Assembly (NCBI GenBank): GCA_016713875.1
Contig: JADJOI010000002.1
Coordinates: forward strand, 128,995-192,994
Length of the DNA stretch: 64,000 nt
Source: Flavobacteriales bacterium
GTDB lineage: Bacteria; Bacteroidota; Bacteroidia; Flavobacteriales_F; PHOS-HE28
Direction of reading: 5' to 3'
Below, piece after piece: positions 31,102 through 39,431 of the stretch. Position 1 is the first letter of the stretch; every line of letters starts with the position of its first letter. A program made the translations under genes and the position numbers. Below the pieces are notes generated by a model. It saw only the letters and a list, made by a program, of their open reading frames with translations, made no database searches and had not been told where the DNA came from.

Positions 31102-32076
31102 TCAGTGGTCCTGGTCGATCATGGCCACGCGCTGGGTGAGCTCGTGGTAGCAGAGCACGTCCTCGGCGAAGTAGTGCACGGCCATGCTCTTCCGGCTGGC
31201 GTTGGGGGTGGCCATCTTCTTGCCGCCGTGCAGCAGGTTCGCGTGCCAGATGAGCACATCGCCCGGCTGCGCGTGGAACTCGTGCATGGTGAAGCGGCCC
31301 TCATCGATGCTGCGTTGCACGGCCTCCTCGTAGTGGGCGTAGGCGTCCTCGCCGATGGTGAAGCGCCCGCCGCCATGGTCGAAGCCGTCGTTCAGCAGAT
31401 AGGGCAGCTTGTGGCTGCCGGGGAAGTACATCAGGGGCCCGTTGTCCGCGGTGATGGGCTCCAGGGCCACCCAGGCCGCGGCCAGGTAGCCCAGCGGGTA
31501 GGTGGTCATGTGGATGCTGTCCGAGTGCGCGGCCTGTTCACTGCCGGTCTGGAAGTTGATCGTCTGGAACACATGCATGCGCCGGCCCAGCAGCAGGTCG
31601 AGCACGTCGAGGATGCGGCGGTCGGAGGCCATGGCCTTGATGGCCGGGCTCTTCCGGAAGGCGAACATCACCTTGCGGCCGGTGAAGTTGAAGTCGACCG
31701 CGCCGGTATCGATCAGCTGCTGAAGTTCGGTGTTGACCCGCTCGACCTCGTCGGGGCCGAACACGCCGCGCAGGACGAGGTAGCCCTTCTCGGGCCAGTC
31801 GAGCAAGCCCTGGCGCAGGGCCTCGGGCAGCGCCTGCACGCGGGCGTCGGTCAGCAGCCGTTCCCGGGCGTCGGGGCGGTCGAGCCAGGGCGTCTCGCCC
31901 GGGGTCTTGGGCATGTCACCGCTCGAGACCGGCAGCAGGGGGCTGCGCACCACACCGTACTGGCGGAACATGCGGCGCGCGTGGCCCAGCCGTCGGTAGT
32001 TCAGCAGGTTCAGCAGCACGTAGTTCGCCTTGATGGTGCGAAGCCTGCCATAGTAACGGTCGAGCCACTTGCGCAT
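31102..32076 (-). CDS. Phytanoyl-CoA dioxygenase (PhyH) family Fe(II)/2-oxoglutarate-dependent oxygenase
   Basis: A …HSDSIHMTTYPLGYLAAAWVALEPITADNGPLMYFPGSH… 2-His-1-carboxylate facial-triad segment is present, about 325 aa. An alternative start lies at 32100. Confidence 0.7.
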   Translation of the reverse strand: MRKWLDRYYGRLRTIKANYVLLNLLNYRRLGHARRMFRQYGVVRSPLLPVSSGDMPKTPGETPWLDRPDARERLLTDARVQALPEALRQGLLDWPEKGYLVLRGVFGPDEVERVNTELQQLIDTGAVDFNFTGRKVMFAFRKSPAIKAMASDRRILDVLDLLLGRRMHVFQTINFQTGSEQAAHSDSIHMTTYPLGYLAAAWVALEPITADNGPLMYFPGSHKLPYLLNDGFDHGGGRFTIGEDAYAHYEEAVQRSIDEGRFTMHEFHAQPGDVLIWHANLLHGGKKMATPNASRKSMAVHYFAEDVLCYHELTQRVAMIDQDH

Positions 32077-32124
32077 GGGGGTCTCGTCGAGCGGCGGCAA
32101 AGGTAGGCCGGTCGACCGCGCCGG

Positions 32125-32814
32125 TCAGGGCGTTTCCTTCAGCAGTTTCCGCAGGTCGGCGATCAGGCGGTCCACATCGGCCGTGCTGGTGCCGTCGTAA
32201 AAGCCGCGGATGCGGTGCTGCGGGTCCACCAGCACGAAGTTCTCGGTGTGTACGAAGTCGTCCGGACCGCCATCGCCCTGGTCCAGGGCCGCGAAGTAGC
32301 TGCGGCGGGCGAGCACATAGATCTGCCGTCGGTCGCCGGTGAGGAAGTGCCAGCGGTCATTGAGGGCGCCGTGGCGTGCGGCATACTCGGCGAGCACGGG
32401 CACGCTGTCCATCTCCGGGGTCACCGAATGGCTGAGCAGGACGACACGGGGCTCCTCGCGGAAGGCTTCCTGCACGCGGGCCATCTGCGTGCTCATCTTG
32501 GGGCAGATGGTGGTGCAGGTGGTGAAGAAGAAATCGGCCACCAGGATGCGGCCCTCGAGATCGGCCAGCCGCACGGTATCGGCCGACTGGTCCACGAGCG
32601 CGAAGTCGCTGATGTGGTGCTCGCCCTCGGCGCGGCGGACGGCCGGATCCACCAAGCGGGGGTCGAGCTGGGCCGGGTGGAAGACGGGCAGGTGGTCGTC
32701 GCCACGGAGCAGAAAGTAGCCGGCCACCACCGCGATCAGGAAGATGCTCGCGAAGAGGGCGAGCCGGATGAGCAGGGGCCGGCCGCGGTCCGGATCGGGT
32801 TCAGTTGAGGCCAA
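32125..32814 (-). CDS. SCO1/SenC family copper chaperone / thiol-disulfide oxidoreductase (thioredoxin-like, CxxxC)
   Basis: …ILVADFFFTTCTTICPKMSTQM…HSVTPEMDSVPVLAEYA… contains the SCO CXXXC motif and the conserved His. There is no in-frame ATG or GTG upstream of the TM helix. A TTG at 32814-32812 is proposed, giving (M)ASTEPDPDRGRPLLIRLALFASIFLIAVVAGYFLL… with a signal anchor. Confidence 0.6.
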   Translation of the reverse strand: MASTEPDPDRGRPLLIRLALFASIFLIAVVAGYFLLRGDDHLPVFHPAQLDPRLVDPAVRRAEGEHHISDFALVDQSADTVRLADLEGRILVADFFFTTCTTICPKMSTQMARVQEAFREEPRVVLLSHSVTPEMDSVPVLAEYAARHGALNDRWHFLTGDRRQIYVLARRSYFAALDQGDGGPDDFVHTENFVLVDPQHRIRGFYDGTSTADVDRLIADLRKLLKETP

Positions 32815-33508
32815 GGGTGTAGCTGAGGGCGTAGATGAAGCGGTAGGACGGGGCGTAAACGTAACGCTCGCGGTCGTGAAGCACGGCGATACCGATATCG
32901 TGTTTCTTGCCCGGTCTCCAGGTGGTGCCGATGGAGTAGCGGGTGCCGATGTAGCGCCAGCCGAGGTTGCCGGCCCAGGTGAAGAATTCCACGGACACCT
33001 CGGGGTCCAGCTTCCACTTGCGAATGTCGTACAGGAGGCCGATGCGGTTCCGCAGCTGGTCGCGCACATCGCCCGGGTCCAGGTATTCGTGCTGATATCG
33101 GAAGCGGTGATCCGCGGTGAAGCGCCCGAGCTCCCTGGAGGACTGCACCTGCAGGGAGCTGCGCTGGCCGTTCTCGCCAGTGGCCCCGCGGAAGCTGAAG
33201 CGGTGCTCGAGGCTCACACGCAACAGGTCGTGGAACTTGTAGCGGGCGCCGAGGTCCAGGTACACCTGCCGGCCACCGCTGAGGTTCTCGTCGCTTCGGT
33301 AGCCCACTTCGGCGCCCATGCGGAAGCGCTTGTTGAAGTCCGGTTCCTTCACCCGGGCGCTGTTGCGGAAGGGCCTGAACTGCATACCGATGGAGCCCCA
33401 GGCCTCGCTCAACAGGCGCGGGCGCAGGGGCGACCGCTCCTGCGCCGCGGCCTTGAGGGCGAGCAGCAGCAGGAGCAGGGTGCAGGACCGGCGCAGGTAG
33501 CGCATCAC
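32801..33508 (-). CDS. DUF2490-like outer-membrane beta-barrel protein
   Basis: Signal peptide MMRYLRRSCTLLLLLLALKAAAQ. The rest has an alternating amphipathic beta-strand pattern with frequent aromatic residues, ending …YTLGLN. The ORF track's 5' extension of the SCO frame overlaps this gene in another frame and is rejected. Confidence 0.55.
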   Translation of the reverse strand: MMRYLRRSCTLLLLLLALKAAAQERSPLRPRLLSEAWGSIGMQFRPFRNSARVKEPDFNKRFRMGAEVGYRSDENLSGGRQVYLDLGARYKFHDLLRVSLEHRFSFRGATGENGQRSSLQVQSSRELGRFTADHRFRYQHEYLDPGDVRDQLRNRIGLLYDIRKWKLDPEVSVEFFTWAGNLGWRYIGTRYSIGTTWRPGKKHDIGIAVLHDRERYVYAPSYRFIYALSYTLGLN

Positions 33509-33903
33509 CAGACCTGCACGGTGATGAGGGGCACGTCCACCGCGTCGCGGTTGCCGCCGATCTCCACGGAACGGGACACCAGTTCCACGCCGCTCTCACA
33601 GTCCTCGGGGCACTCGCTGTACGTGAAAATGGTGTAGCTGCCCGGCCTCAGCCAGCGGAACTCATACTCGCCGGAGGGTCCGGTGCGGGTGTCGTCGTCG
33701 TAGAACGTGTCGTCGCCGTAGCGGATGTACACGCGGTATTCGGGGATGAAATACTCGTCGCCCGTGGGCTGGCCGGTGTTGTCGTTGTAGTCGACCGCGT
33801 AGACCTGTCCACGGATGAGGGCCTTGCCGCCCTCGCCGGGCTCCTTGGAGCAGGCGGGCAGCAGGGTGAGGGAGGCCAGCAGGATGGGGAGTACGGCGCG
33901 CAT
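33505..33903 (-). CDS. Small lipoprotein with carboxypeptidase-regulatory-like beta-sandwich features
   Basis: Lipobox LLPAC and …IRGQVYAVDYNDNTGQP…YRVYIRYGDD… The stop overlaps the DUF2490-like start as ATGA. Confidence 0.5.
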   Translation of the reverse strand: MRAVLPILLASLTLLPACSKEPGEGGKALIRGQVYAVDYNDNTGQPTGDEYFIPEYRVYIRYGDDTFYDDDTRTGPSGEYEFRWLRPGSYTIFTYSECPEDCESGVELVSRSVEIGGNRDAVDVPLITVQVW

Positions 33904-34075
33904 GGCGCGATGTTAAGCGATCGTGAAGGACCGGCGATCAGCCCCCGGCGTAAAGGTCCTCCACCTCCCGGGTGTACTTGGCCAGGATGGGCTTGCGGCG
34001 CAGCTTCAGGGTGGGGGTCAGTTCGCCGCCGTCGATGGTCCATTCGGCGGTGAGCAAGGCGATCTTCTTCACCTG

Positions 34076-35701
34076 CTACCACTGGCCCAGGCCCTGATTG
34101 GCCTTCTCCACCTCGGCCATGATGCGGTCGTGGATGCGGGGTTCGCGCACCACGCTGCTCCGGTCGCCGTAGGGGATGCCCTTCAATGCGCAGTAGTCCT
34201 GCAGGAAGCCGAAGTTGGGCACGACGAGGGCGGCGGGGAACTTGCGGCCCTCGCCGATCACCATCACCTGCTCCACGAAGCGCGAGGCCTTCAGCTTGTT
34301 CTCCATCACCTGGGGGGCCACGTACTTGCCGCCGCTGGTCTTGAAGATCTCCTTCTTGCGGTCGGTGATGCGCAGGAAGCCCTCCTTGGTGATCTCGCCG
34401 ATGTCGCCGGTATGGAGCCAGCCTTCGGCGTCGATGGCCTCGGCGGTGAGCGCCGGTTCCTTGTAGTAGCCCTGCATGATGTTGGGGCCCTGCACGAGGA
34501 TCTCGCCGTCGCCGGCGATGCGCACATGCACCCCGGTGATGGGCCGGCCCACGGTACCGAAGCGCAGGCCGTCGTTGCGCAGGTCGTTCACGCTCACCAC
34601 GGGGCTGCTCTCGGTGAGGCCGTAGCCTTCCATGACGGCGATGCCGGCGGCGTTGAACACGCGGGCCAGGCGCGGCTGCAGGGCGGCGCTGCCACTGGCC
34701 ACCACGCGCACCTTGCCGCCCAGGGCGGCCTGCCACTTGCTGAAGATGAGCTTGCGCGCCAGGGCCAGCTGCAGGTCGTACCAAGGTCCGCGGCCGTGCA
34801 CCTCGTAGCGGTGGCCCAGGTCCAGGGCCCAGAAGAAGAGCCTGCGCTTGATGCCGGTGAGGGTCTCGCCCTTGGCCACGATCTTGTCGTAGATCTTCTC
34901 CAGCAGGCGCGGCACGGCGGTGAAGACATCGGGGGCCACCTCGCGGATGCGGTCGCCCAGGTCGTCCAGCGATTCCTGGAAGTGGATGCTGACGCCGGTG
35001 TACATGTACAGGTACATCAGCATCCGCTCGTAGATGTGCGAGAGGGGCAGGAAGCTGATGGCGCGCGCCTGGTGGTCCACCGGGAATCGGGTGGTGCTGG
35101 CGATGGCGTTGCTCAGGATGTTGTGGTGCGTGAGCATCACGCCTTTGGGCCGGCCCGTGGTGCCGCTGGTGTAGATGATGGTGGCCAGGTCATCGGCCTT
35201 GACGCGGTCCTTGTACGCCTGCAGCGTGGGGCGGTCGGCCTCGCGGGCCAGGGCGGGCACCGCGGACCAATGGCGGGCGCCGTCCACGCGGTCGAAGGTG
35301 AAGAGGTGCTCCAGGGTGGGCGCGGTGGCGCGGGCCGCTTCGGCCTTGCCGTGGATCTCGGCGTTGGCGCTGAAGCAGACGCGGCTGCCGCTGTGCATCA
35401 GTACATACGCATAGTCCTCGGCGCTGCTGGTGGGGTAGATGGGCACGCCGATGGCGCCGATGCGCAGCACGGCCTGGTCCACCAGGCACCATTCGCTGCG
35501 GTTGCCGCTGGCGATGGCCACCGTGTCACCGGGCTTCACGCCCAGGGCCATCAGCCCGAGGGCGATGCGTTCGGCGGTGTCGATCAGCTCCTGGGTGCTG
35601 TAGCCCCGCCATTGGCCGTTCTCCTTGGTGGCGATGGCCTTGTCCTTGGGGAAGCGCAGCAGCTGGTGCTCGGGTACGTCGAAGAGGCGGGTGACGGTCA
35701 T
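34076..35701 (-). CDS. Long-chain fatty acid-CoA ligase (AMP-dependent synthetase/ligase), terminated prematurely by an in-frame TAG
   Basis: MTVTRLFDVPEHQLLRFPKDKAIATKENGQWRGYSTQELID… AMP-binding motifs (TSGTTGRPKGV; GYGLTESS) are present. The ORF ends …EKANQGLGQW-TAG, but the conserved family C-terminus continues in frame to 33938 (see finding). Confidence 0.7.
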   Translation of the reverse strand: MTVTRLFDVPEHQLLRFPKDKAIATKENGQWRGYSTQELIDTAERIALGLMALGVKPGDTVAIASGNRSEWCLVDQAVLRIGAIGVPIYPTSSAEDYAYVLMHSGSRVCFSANAEIHGKAEAARATAPTLEHLFTFDRVDGARHWSAVPALAREADRPTLQAYKDRVKADDLATIIYTSGTTGRPKGVMLTHHNILSNAIASTTRFPVDHQARAISFLPLSHIYERMLMYLYMYTGVSIHFQESLDDLGDRIREVAPDVFTAVPRLLEKIYDKIVAKGETLTGIKRRLFFWALDLGHRYEVHGRGPWYDLQLALARKLIFSKWQAALGGKVRVVASGSAALQPRLARVFNAAGIAVMEGYGLTESSPVVSVNDLRNDGLRFGTVGRPITGVHVRIAGDGEILVQGPNIMQGYYKEPALTAEAIDAEGWLHTGDIGEITKEGFLRITDRKKEIFKTSGGKYVAPQVMENKLKASRFVEQVMVIGEGRKFPAALVVPNFGFLQDYCALKGIPYGDRSSVVREPRIHDRIMAEVEKANQGLGQW

Positions 35702-35771
35702 GGGGTGTGCCTGGGGTCCCGAAGATCGGAACTGGAGCGATCCCCTGGCTCTGGTCATCCGCAGGAAGGGG

Positions 35772-36470
35772 TCAGCCCACCTCCTCCAGCGCCCGCAGGT
35801 ACTTGTCGATGTACACCTCGATGCTGCGTGCCTTGTACTGCATCACGTAGCGGGGATGCTCCAGGGCGATGATGCGGTCGAACAAGCGGAGGCGTTCGTT
35901 CAGCCTGCCGAAGTAGGCGGCGTTCTTGCCGGTGCCGATGCAGAGCACGGTGTCCGTGCGCATGCCGCAGCTCATTAGGGTGCGCAGCCAGCGCTCCACG
36001 AAGGGGGTGACGGCGGCCTCAAGGGCTTTGTCGTCGTAGTAGTTGAGGTTGACGGCCGATCCGTTCGGGCCGTCCTTCACGAAGCCGAGCGGACAAATGG
36101 CGTGCACATACACCCGGCCGTAGAACGCCGCCGCACCGCCTGCCGCGCGCACCATGCGGTAGAAGAAGTCGCTGCTGGGCTCGTGGGTGCGCAGGCCGCG
36201 CACAGGGATGCCGAGGTCGCTCTCACAACGTTTGGTGTCGGTGAAGGAGAGGCCCGTGCTGCCGGCGCCCAAGCGTCCCGGATTGATGCCGAGCATGAGC
36301 GTGCGCGGCCGGTCGTCACTGAAATACGTCCGGTGGAAGGCGGTGACGATGCGGCGCACCTCCGCCCCGTGCGGGCCGTGGAAGGGATCGAGCACGCCCA
36401 CGCCCGGCGGCAGTTCGGCATCGGCCAGGCTGAGGTCCATCACATGACGCAGCAGGCGGTCGTTGAGCAT
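35772..36470 (-). CDS. Uracil-DNA glycosylase superfamily protein (UDG-like, GINPG motif)
   Basis: MLNDRLLRHVMDLSLADAELPPGVG…TLMLGINPGRLGAGSTGLSFTD… The GINPG motif and C-terminal His region are typical of UDG-fold enzymes. The start is placed to avoid overlap with the divergent FNT gene. Confidence 0.6.
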   Translation of the reverse strand: MLNDRLLRHVMDLSLADAELPPGVGVLDPFHGPHGAEVRRIVTAFHRTYFSDDRPRTLMLGINPGRLGAGSTGLSFTDTKRCESDLGIPVRGLRTHEPSSDFFYRMVRAAGGAAAFYGRVYVHAICPLGFVKDGPNGSAVNLNYYDDKALEAAVTPFVERWLRTLMSCGMRTDTVLCIGTGKNAAYFGRLNERLRLFDRIIALEHPRYVMQYKARSIEVYIDKYLRALEEVG

Positions 36471-36534
36471 GGGGCGAAAGAAGCGCTTTGCCGCAGCATC
36501 TCCGTCGCCGGTGCCGAACTTCGTGCCAGCGACG

Positions 36535-37359
36535 ATGGACAGGCCAGGGCTATTCGGCACGGACGCGTTCTCCCCGCGGGAGATCGCCACCCGCGTGGAG
36601 GAGGTGGGTGTGGCCAAATCCCGGTTGCCGTTGGGTCCCCTGTTCGTCCTGGGCGTGCTGGCCGGCGCCTTCATCGGCCTGGGGGCCATGTTCTTCACGC
36701 TGGTGATGGCCGATGCGTCGCTGGGCTTTGCGGCCTCGCGGGTGCTGGGCGGACTGGTGTTCAGCCTGGGCCTGCTGCTCGTGGTGGTGGCGGGCGCCGA
36801 GCTGTTCACCGGAAACAACCTGCTGGTGATGGCCTGGGCCGATGGGGCCATCAACACCCGCGAGCTGCTCCGCAACTGGGCGGTGGTGCTCGTGGCGAAC
36901 GCCGTGGGGGCCATCGGCCTGGCGTTGCTGGTGCACGCCTCGGGCCATCCCGCGATGAACGGTGGTGCGGTGGCCGAGGCCTACGTGCGCGTCGCCACGG
37001 CCAAGTGCGCGATGCCCTTCCTGCAGGCCTTCATTAGCGGCATGCTGTGCAACGCCCTGGTCTGCCTGGCGGTGTGGATGACCTTCGCGGGACGTTCCGT
37101 GGTGGACAAGGCGGTGGCCATCGTCTTCCCCATCACGGCGTTCGTGGTCGCCGGGTTCGAGAACAGTGTGGCCAACTTCTGCCTGCTGCCGATGGGCTTC
37201 CTGTGCGCACTGCCTGGCGTGGGTCCCACCTTGGCGGGCATGGCGGCGAACTTGCTGCCGGTGACCCTGGGCAACGTGGTGGGCGGTGGCGGTCTGGTGG
37301 CCCTGATCTACCACCTGGTGTACCGCCGACAGGGCGGGGTGGGGAAAGGCGCCCGCTGA
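36535..37359 (+). CDS. Formate/nitrite transporter (FNT) family anion channel
   Basis: …FSPREIATRVEEVGVAKSRLPLGPLFVLGVLAGAFIGLGAMF…, six TM segments, and the conserved …FENSVANFCLLPMG… FNT signature (S-loop/Ω-loop region). Confidence 0.8.
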   Translation: MDRPGLFGTDAFSPREIATRVEEVGVAKSRLPLGPLFVLGVLAGAFIGLGAMFFTLVMADASLGFAASRVLGGLVFSLGLLLVVVAGAELFTGNNLLVMAWADGAINTRELLRNWAVVLVANAVGAIGLALLVHASGHPAMNGGAVAEAYVRVATAKCAMPFLQAFISGMLCNALVCLAVWMTFAGRSVVDKAVAIVFPITAFVVAGFENSVANFCLLPMGFLCALPGVGPTLAGMAANLLPVTLGNVVGGGGLVALIYHLVYRRQGGVGKGAR

Positions 37360-37453
37360 GCCCTAAGGGTGACCATGGTCACTGGAGCCTGTCGCGGCAC
37401 GACCTGAGCTTTGCATCACCGACCCGGCAGGGTCGGCCCAACGAACCCGCACC

Positions 37454-38866
37454 ATGACCATCAAGCAGATCTACACCGGGTGCATCGCCCATGCGGCGTA
37501 CTACCTGGAGAGCAACGGCGAGGCGGCGATCTTCGATCCGCTGCGCGAAGTGCAACCCTACATCGACCGCGCTACGGCCGACAAGGCGAAGGTCACATAC
37601 GTCTTCGAGACGCACTTCCATGCCGACTTCGTGAGCGGCCACTTGGACCTGGCGAAGAAGACCGGCGCCACCATCGTGTACGGCCCCACGGCCAAGCCCG
37701 GGTTCCTGGCCCATGTGGCCACTGACGGCGAAGTGTTCACCATCGGCAAGGCGAAGGTGAAGGTGATCCACACGCCGGGCCACACCATGGAGAGCACCAC
37801 CTACCTGGTGATCGACGAGCACGGGAAGGAGCACGGCATCATCACCGGCGACACGCTCTTCATCGGCGATGTGGGCCGGCCGGACCTCGCCCAGCACGTG
37901 ATCGCCGACCTCACGGAGGACAAGCTCGCCGGCCACCTCTACGACTCGCTGCGCAACAAGATCATGCCCTTGAGCGATGACCTTATCGTGTACCCCAACC
38001 ATGGCGCCGGTAGCGCCTGCGGCAAGATGATGAGCAAGGAGACCACCGACACGCTCGGCAACCAGAAGCGCAGCAACTACGCGCTGGACCCGAAGCTCAC
38101 CAAGGAGGAGTTCAAGAAGGCCCTGCTCACCGGCCTCACGCCGCCTCCGGGCTACTTCCCGAAGAACGTGCTGATGAACATCCAGGGCTACGAGAGCCTG
38201 GACAGCGTGATGGAGCGCGGCAAGCGCGCGCTGGACGTGGCGGCCTTCGAACTGGTGGCCAATGAGGAACGTCCGCTGGTGCTGGACACGCGACCCGCGG
38301 CCGTCTTCGCCCAAGGCTTCATCCCCAACAGCATCAACATCGGCCTGGACAGCAACTTCGCCATGTGGGTGGGCGAGATGATCACCGACATCCAGCAGGC
38401 CATCCTGCTGGTGACCGAGCCCGGCAAGGAGGAGGAGAGCATCATCCGGCTCAGTCGCGTGGGCTACGACCACACCATCGGATACCTCGATGGCGGCTTC
38501 GAGGCGTGGAAGAAAGCCGGCAAAGACGTGGATACGGTGGCGCGCATTTCCGCGGAGGAGTTCGCACTGCGCTGCGCCACCAAGCCGCTGGTGCTCGACG
38601 TGCGCAAGAAGAGCGAGTACGACAGCGAGCATGTGGAGGGCGCGATCAACGTGCCACTGAACCGCATCAACGAACATCTGGCTGAATTCCCGAAGGACAC
38701 CCCTTTCATCGTGCACTGTGCCGGAGGCTACCGCAGCATGATCGCCGCCAGCATCCTGAAAGCACGCGGCTGGGACAACTTCGTGGACGTGGAGACCGGC
38801 TTCAACGGCATCAAGAAGACCGGCGTGAAGGTCACCGCGTACGTGTGCCCGACGACGCTGCTCTGA
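37454..38866 (+). CDS. Persulfide dioxygenase-rhodanese fusion (MBL-fold ETHE1-like dioxygenase + two rhodanese domains; CstB-like)
   Basis: MBL metal-binding HFHADFVSGH…HTPGHT…D… motifs open the protein. Tandem rhodanese domains follow, the last with the catalytic Cys loop VHCAGGYRS. Confidence 0.85.
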   Translation: MTIKQIYTGCIAHAAYYLESNGEAAIFDPLREVQPYIDRATADKAKVTYVFETHFHADFVSGHLDLAKKTGATIVYGPTAKPGFLAHVATDGEVFTIGKAKVKVIHTPGHTMESTTYLVIDEHGKEHGIITGDTLFIGDVGRPDLAQHVIADLTEDKLAGHLYDSLRNKIMPLSDDLIVYPNHGAGSACGKMMSKETTDTLGNQKRSNYALDPKLTKEEFKKALLTGLTPPPGYFPKNVLMNIQGYESLDSVMERGKRALDVAAFELVANEERPLVLDTRPAAVFAQGFIPNSINIGLDSNFAMWVGEMITDIQQAILLVTEPGKEEESIIRLSRVGYDHTIGYLDGGFEAWKKAGKDVDTVARISAEEFALRCATKPLVLDVRKKSEYDSEHVEGAINVPLNRINEHLAEFPKDTPFIVHCAGGYRSMIAASILKARGWDNFVDVETGFNGIKKTGVKVTAYVCPTTLL

Positions 38867-38889
38867 GCGTTCAGGAAGGGAGGCTGAGG

Positions 38890-38925
38890 CCCCGGACGAT
38901 CGGCCGGGGCTTCGCCGTTCTTACC
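38890..38925 (+). terminator. Terminator candidate after the dioxygenase gene
   Basis: Stem GCCCCGG / CCGGGGC around an ACGATCGG loop, followed by TTCGCCGTTCTT. Confidence 0.35.
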
Positions 38926-38956
38926 TGTATGATGATGGTTCGTCCCGTACGGTGCC

Positions 38957-39337
38957 TTGCGCCTACCTTTGCAGGAGATGCGCAGGGTCGTCTTCCTCAC
39001 CGCTCTTGTGTTCTATGCATGGAGCGCCATGGATATGCATGAGTGGGCCCGTGTGCCTCGCGTCGTGTTCCACCTGCTTGAACATCACAGCGACCTCGGT
39101 CATCATGATCACGAAGGGTCTGACCATGGGCATGAGGATGGATCGGATGACCACAACCCGTTCCAAGGGCATGCCGGTGAAGTATGCGGCGCGATGACGA
39201 TCGTGTGCATTGCTGCGGATCATCCATGCATTCACCTTTCCGTTCCCACGTTGGAGCGCACGCTTGCGCCATCCGAGGACGACGATGTGCTCGTCGCCTA
39301 CACCGGTTCCAAGTGGAACCCTCCCAAACGGGCTTGA
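38957..39337 (+). CDS. Small His/Asp/Glu-rich putative metal-binding protein with one hydrophobic segment
   Basis: …VVFLTALVFYAWSAM… (TM or signal) is followed by HLLEHHSDLGHHDHEGSDHGHEDGSDDHNPFQGHAGEVCGAMTIVC… It sits directly upstream of czcB. Whether it is coding is uncertain. Confidence 0.4.
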   Translation: MRLPLQEMRRVVFLTALVFYAWSAMDMHEWARVPRVVFHLLEHHSDLGHHDHEGSDHGHEDGSDDHNPFQGHAGEVCGAMTIVCIAADHPCIHLSVPTLERTLAPSEDDDVLVAYTGSKWNPPKRA

Positions 39338-39431
39338 ACCCGCGGCCCTGAGCCGTTGATCGCATCCGTGTGATGCGCTGGCATCGTGCATGGCACGCTG
39401 CAGTTCCACTCGTTCAACCAGTTCCTTCCTC

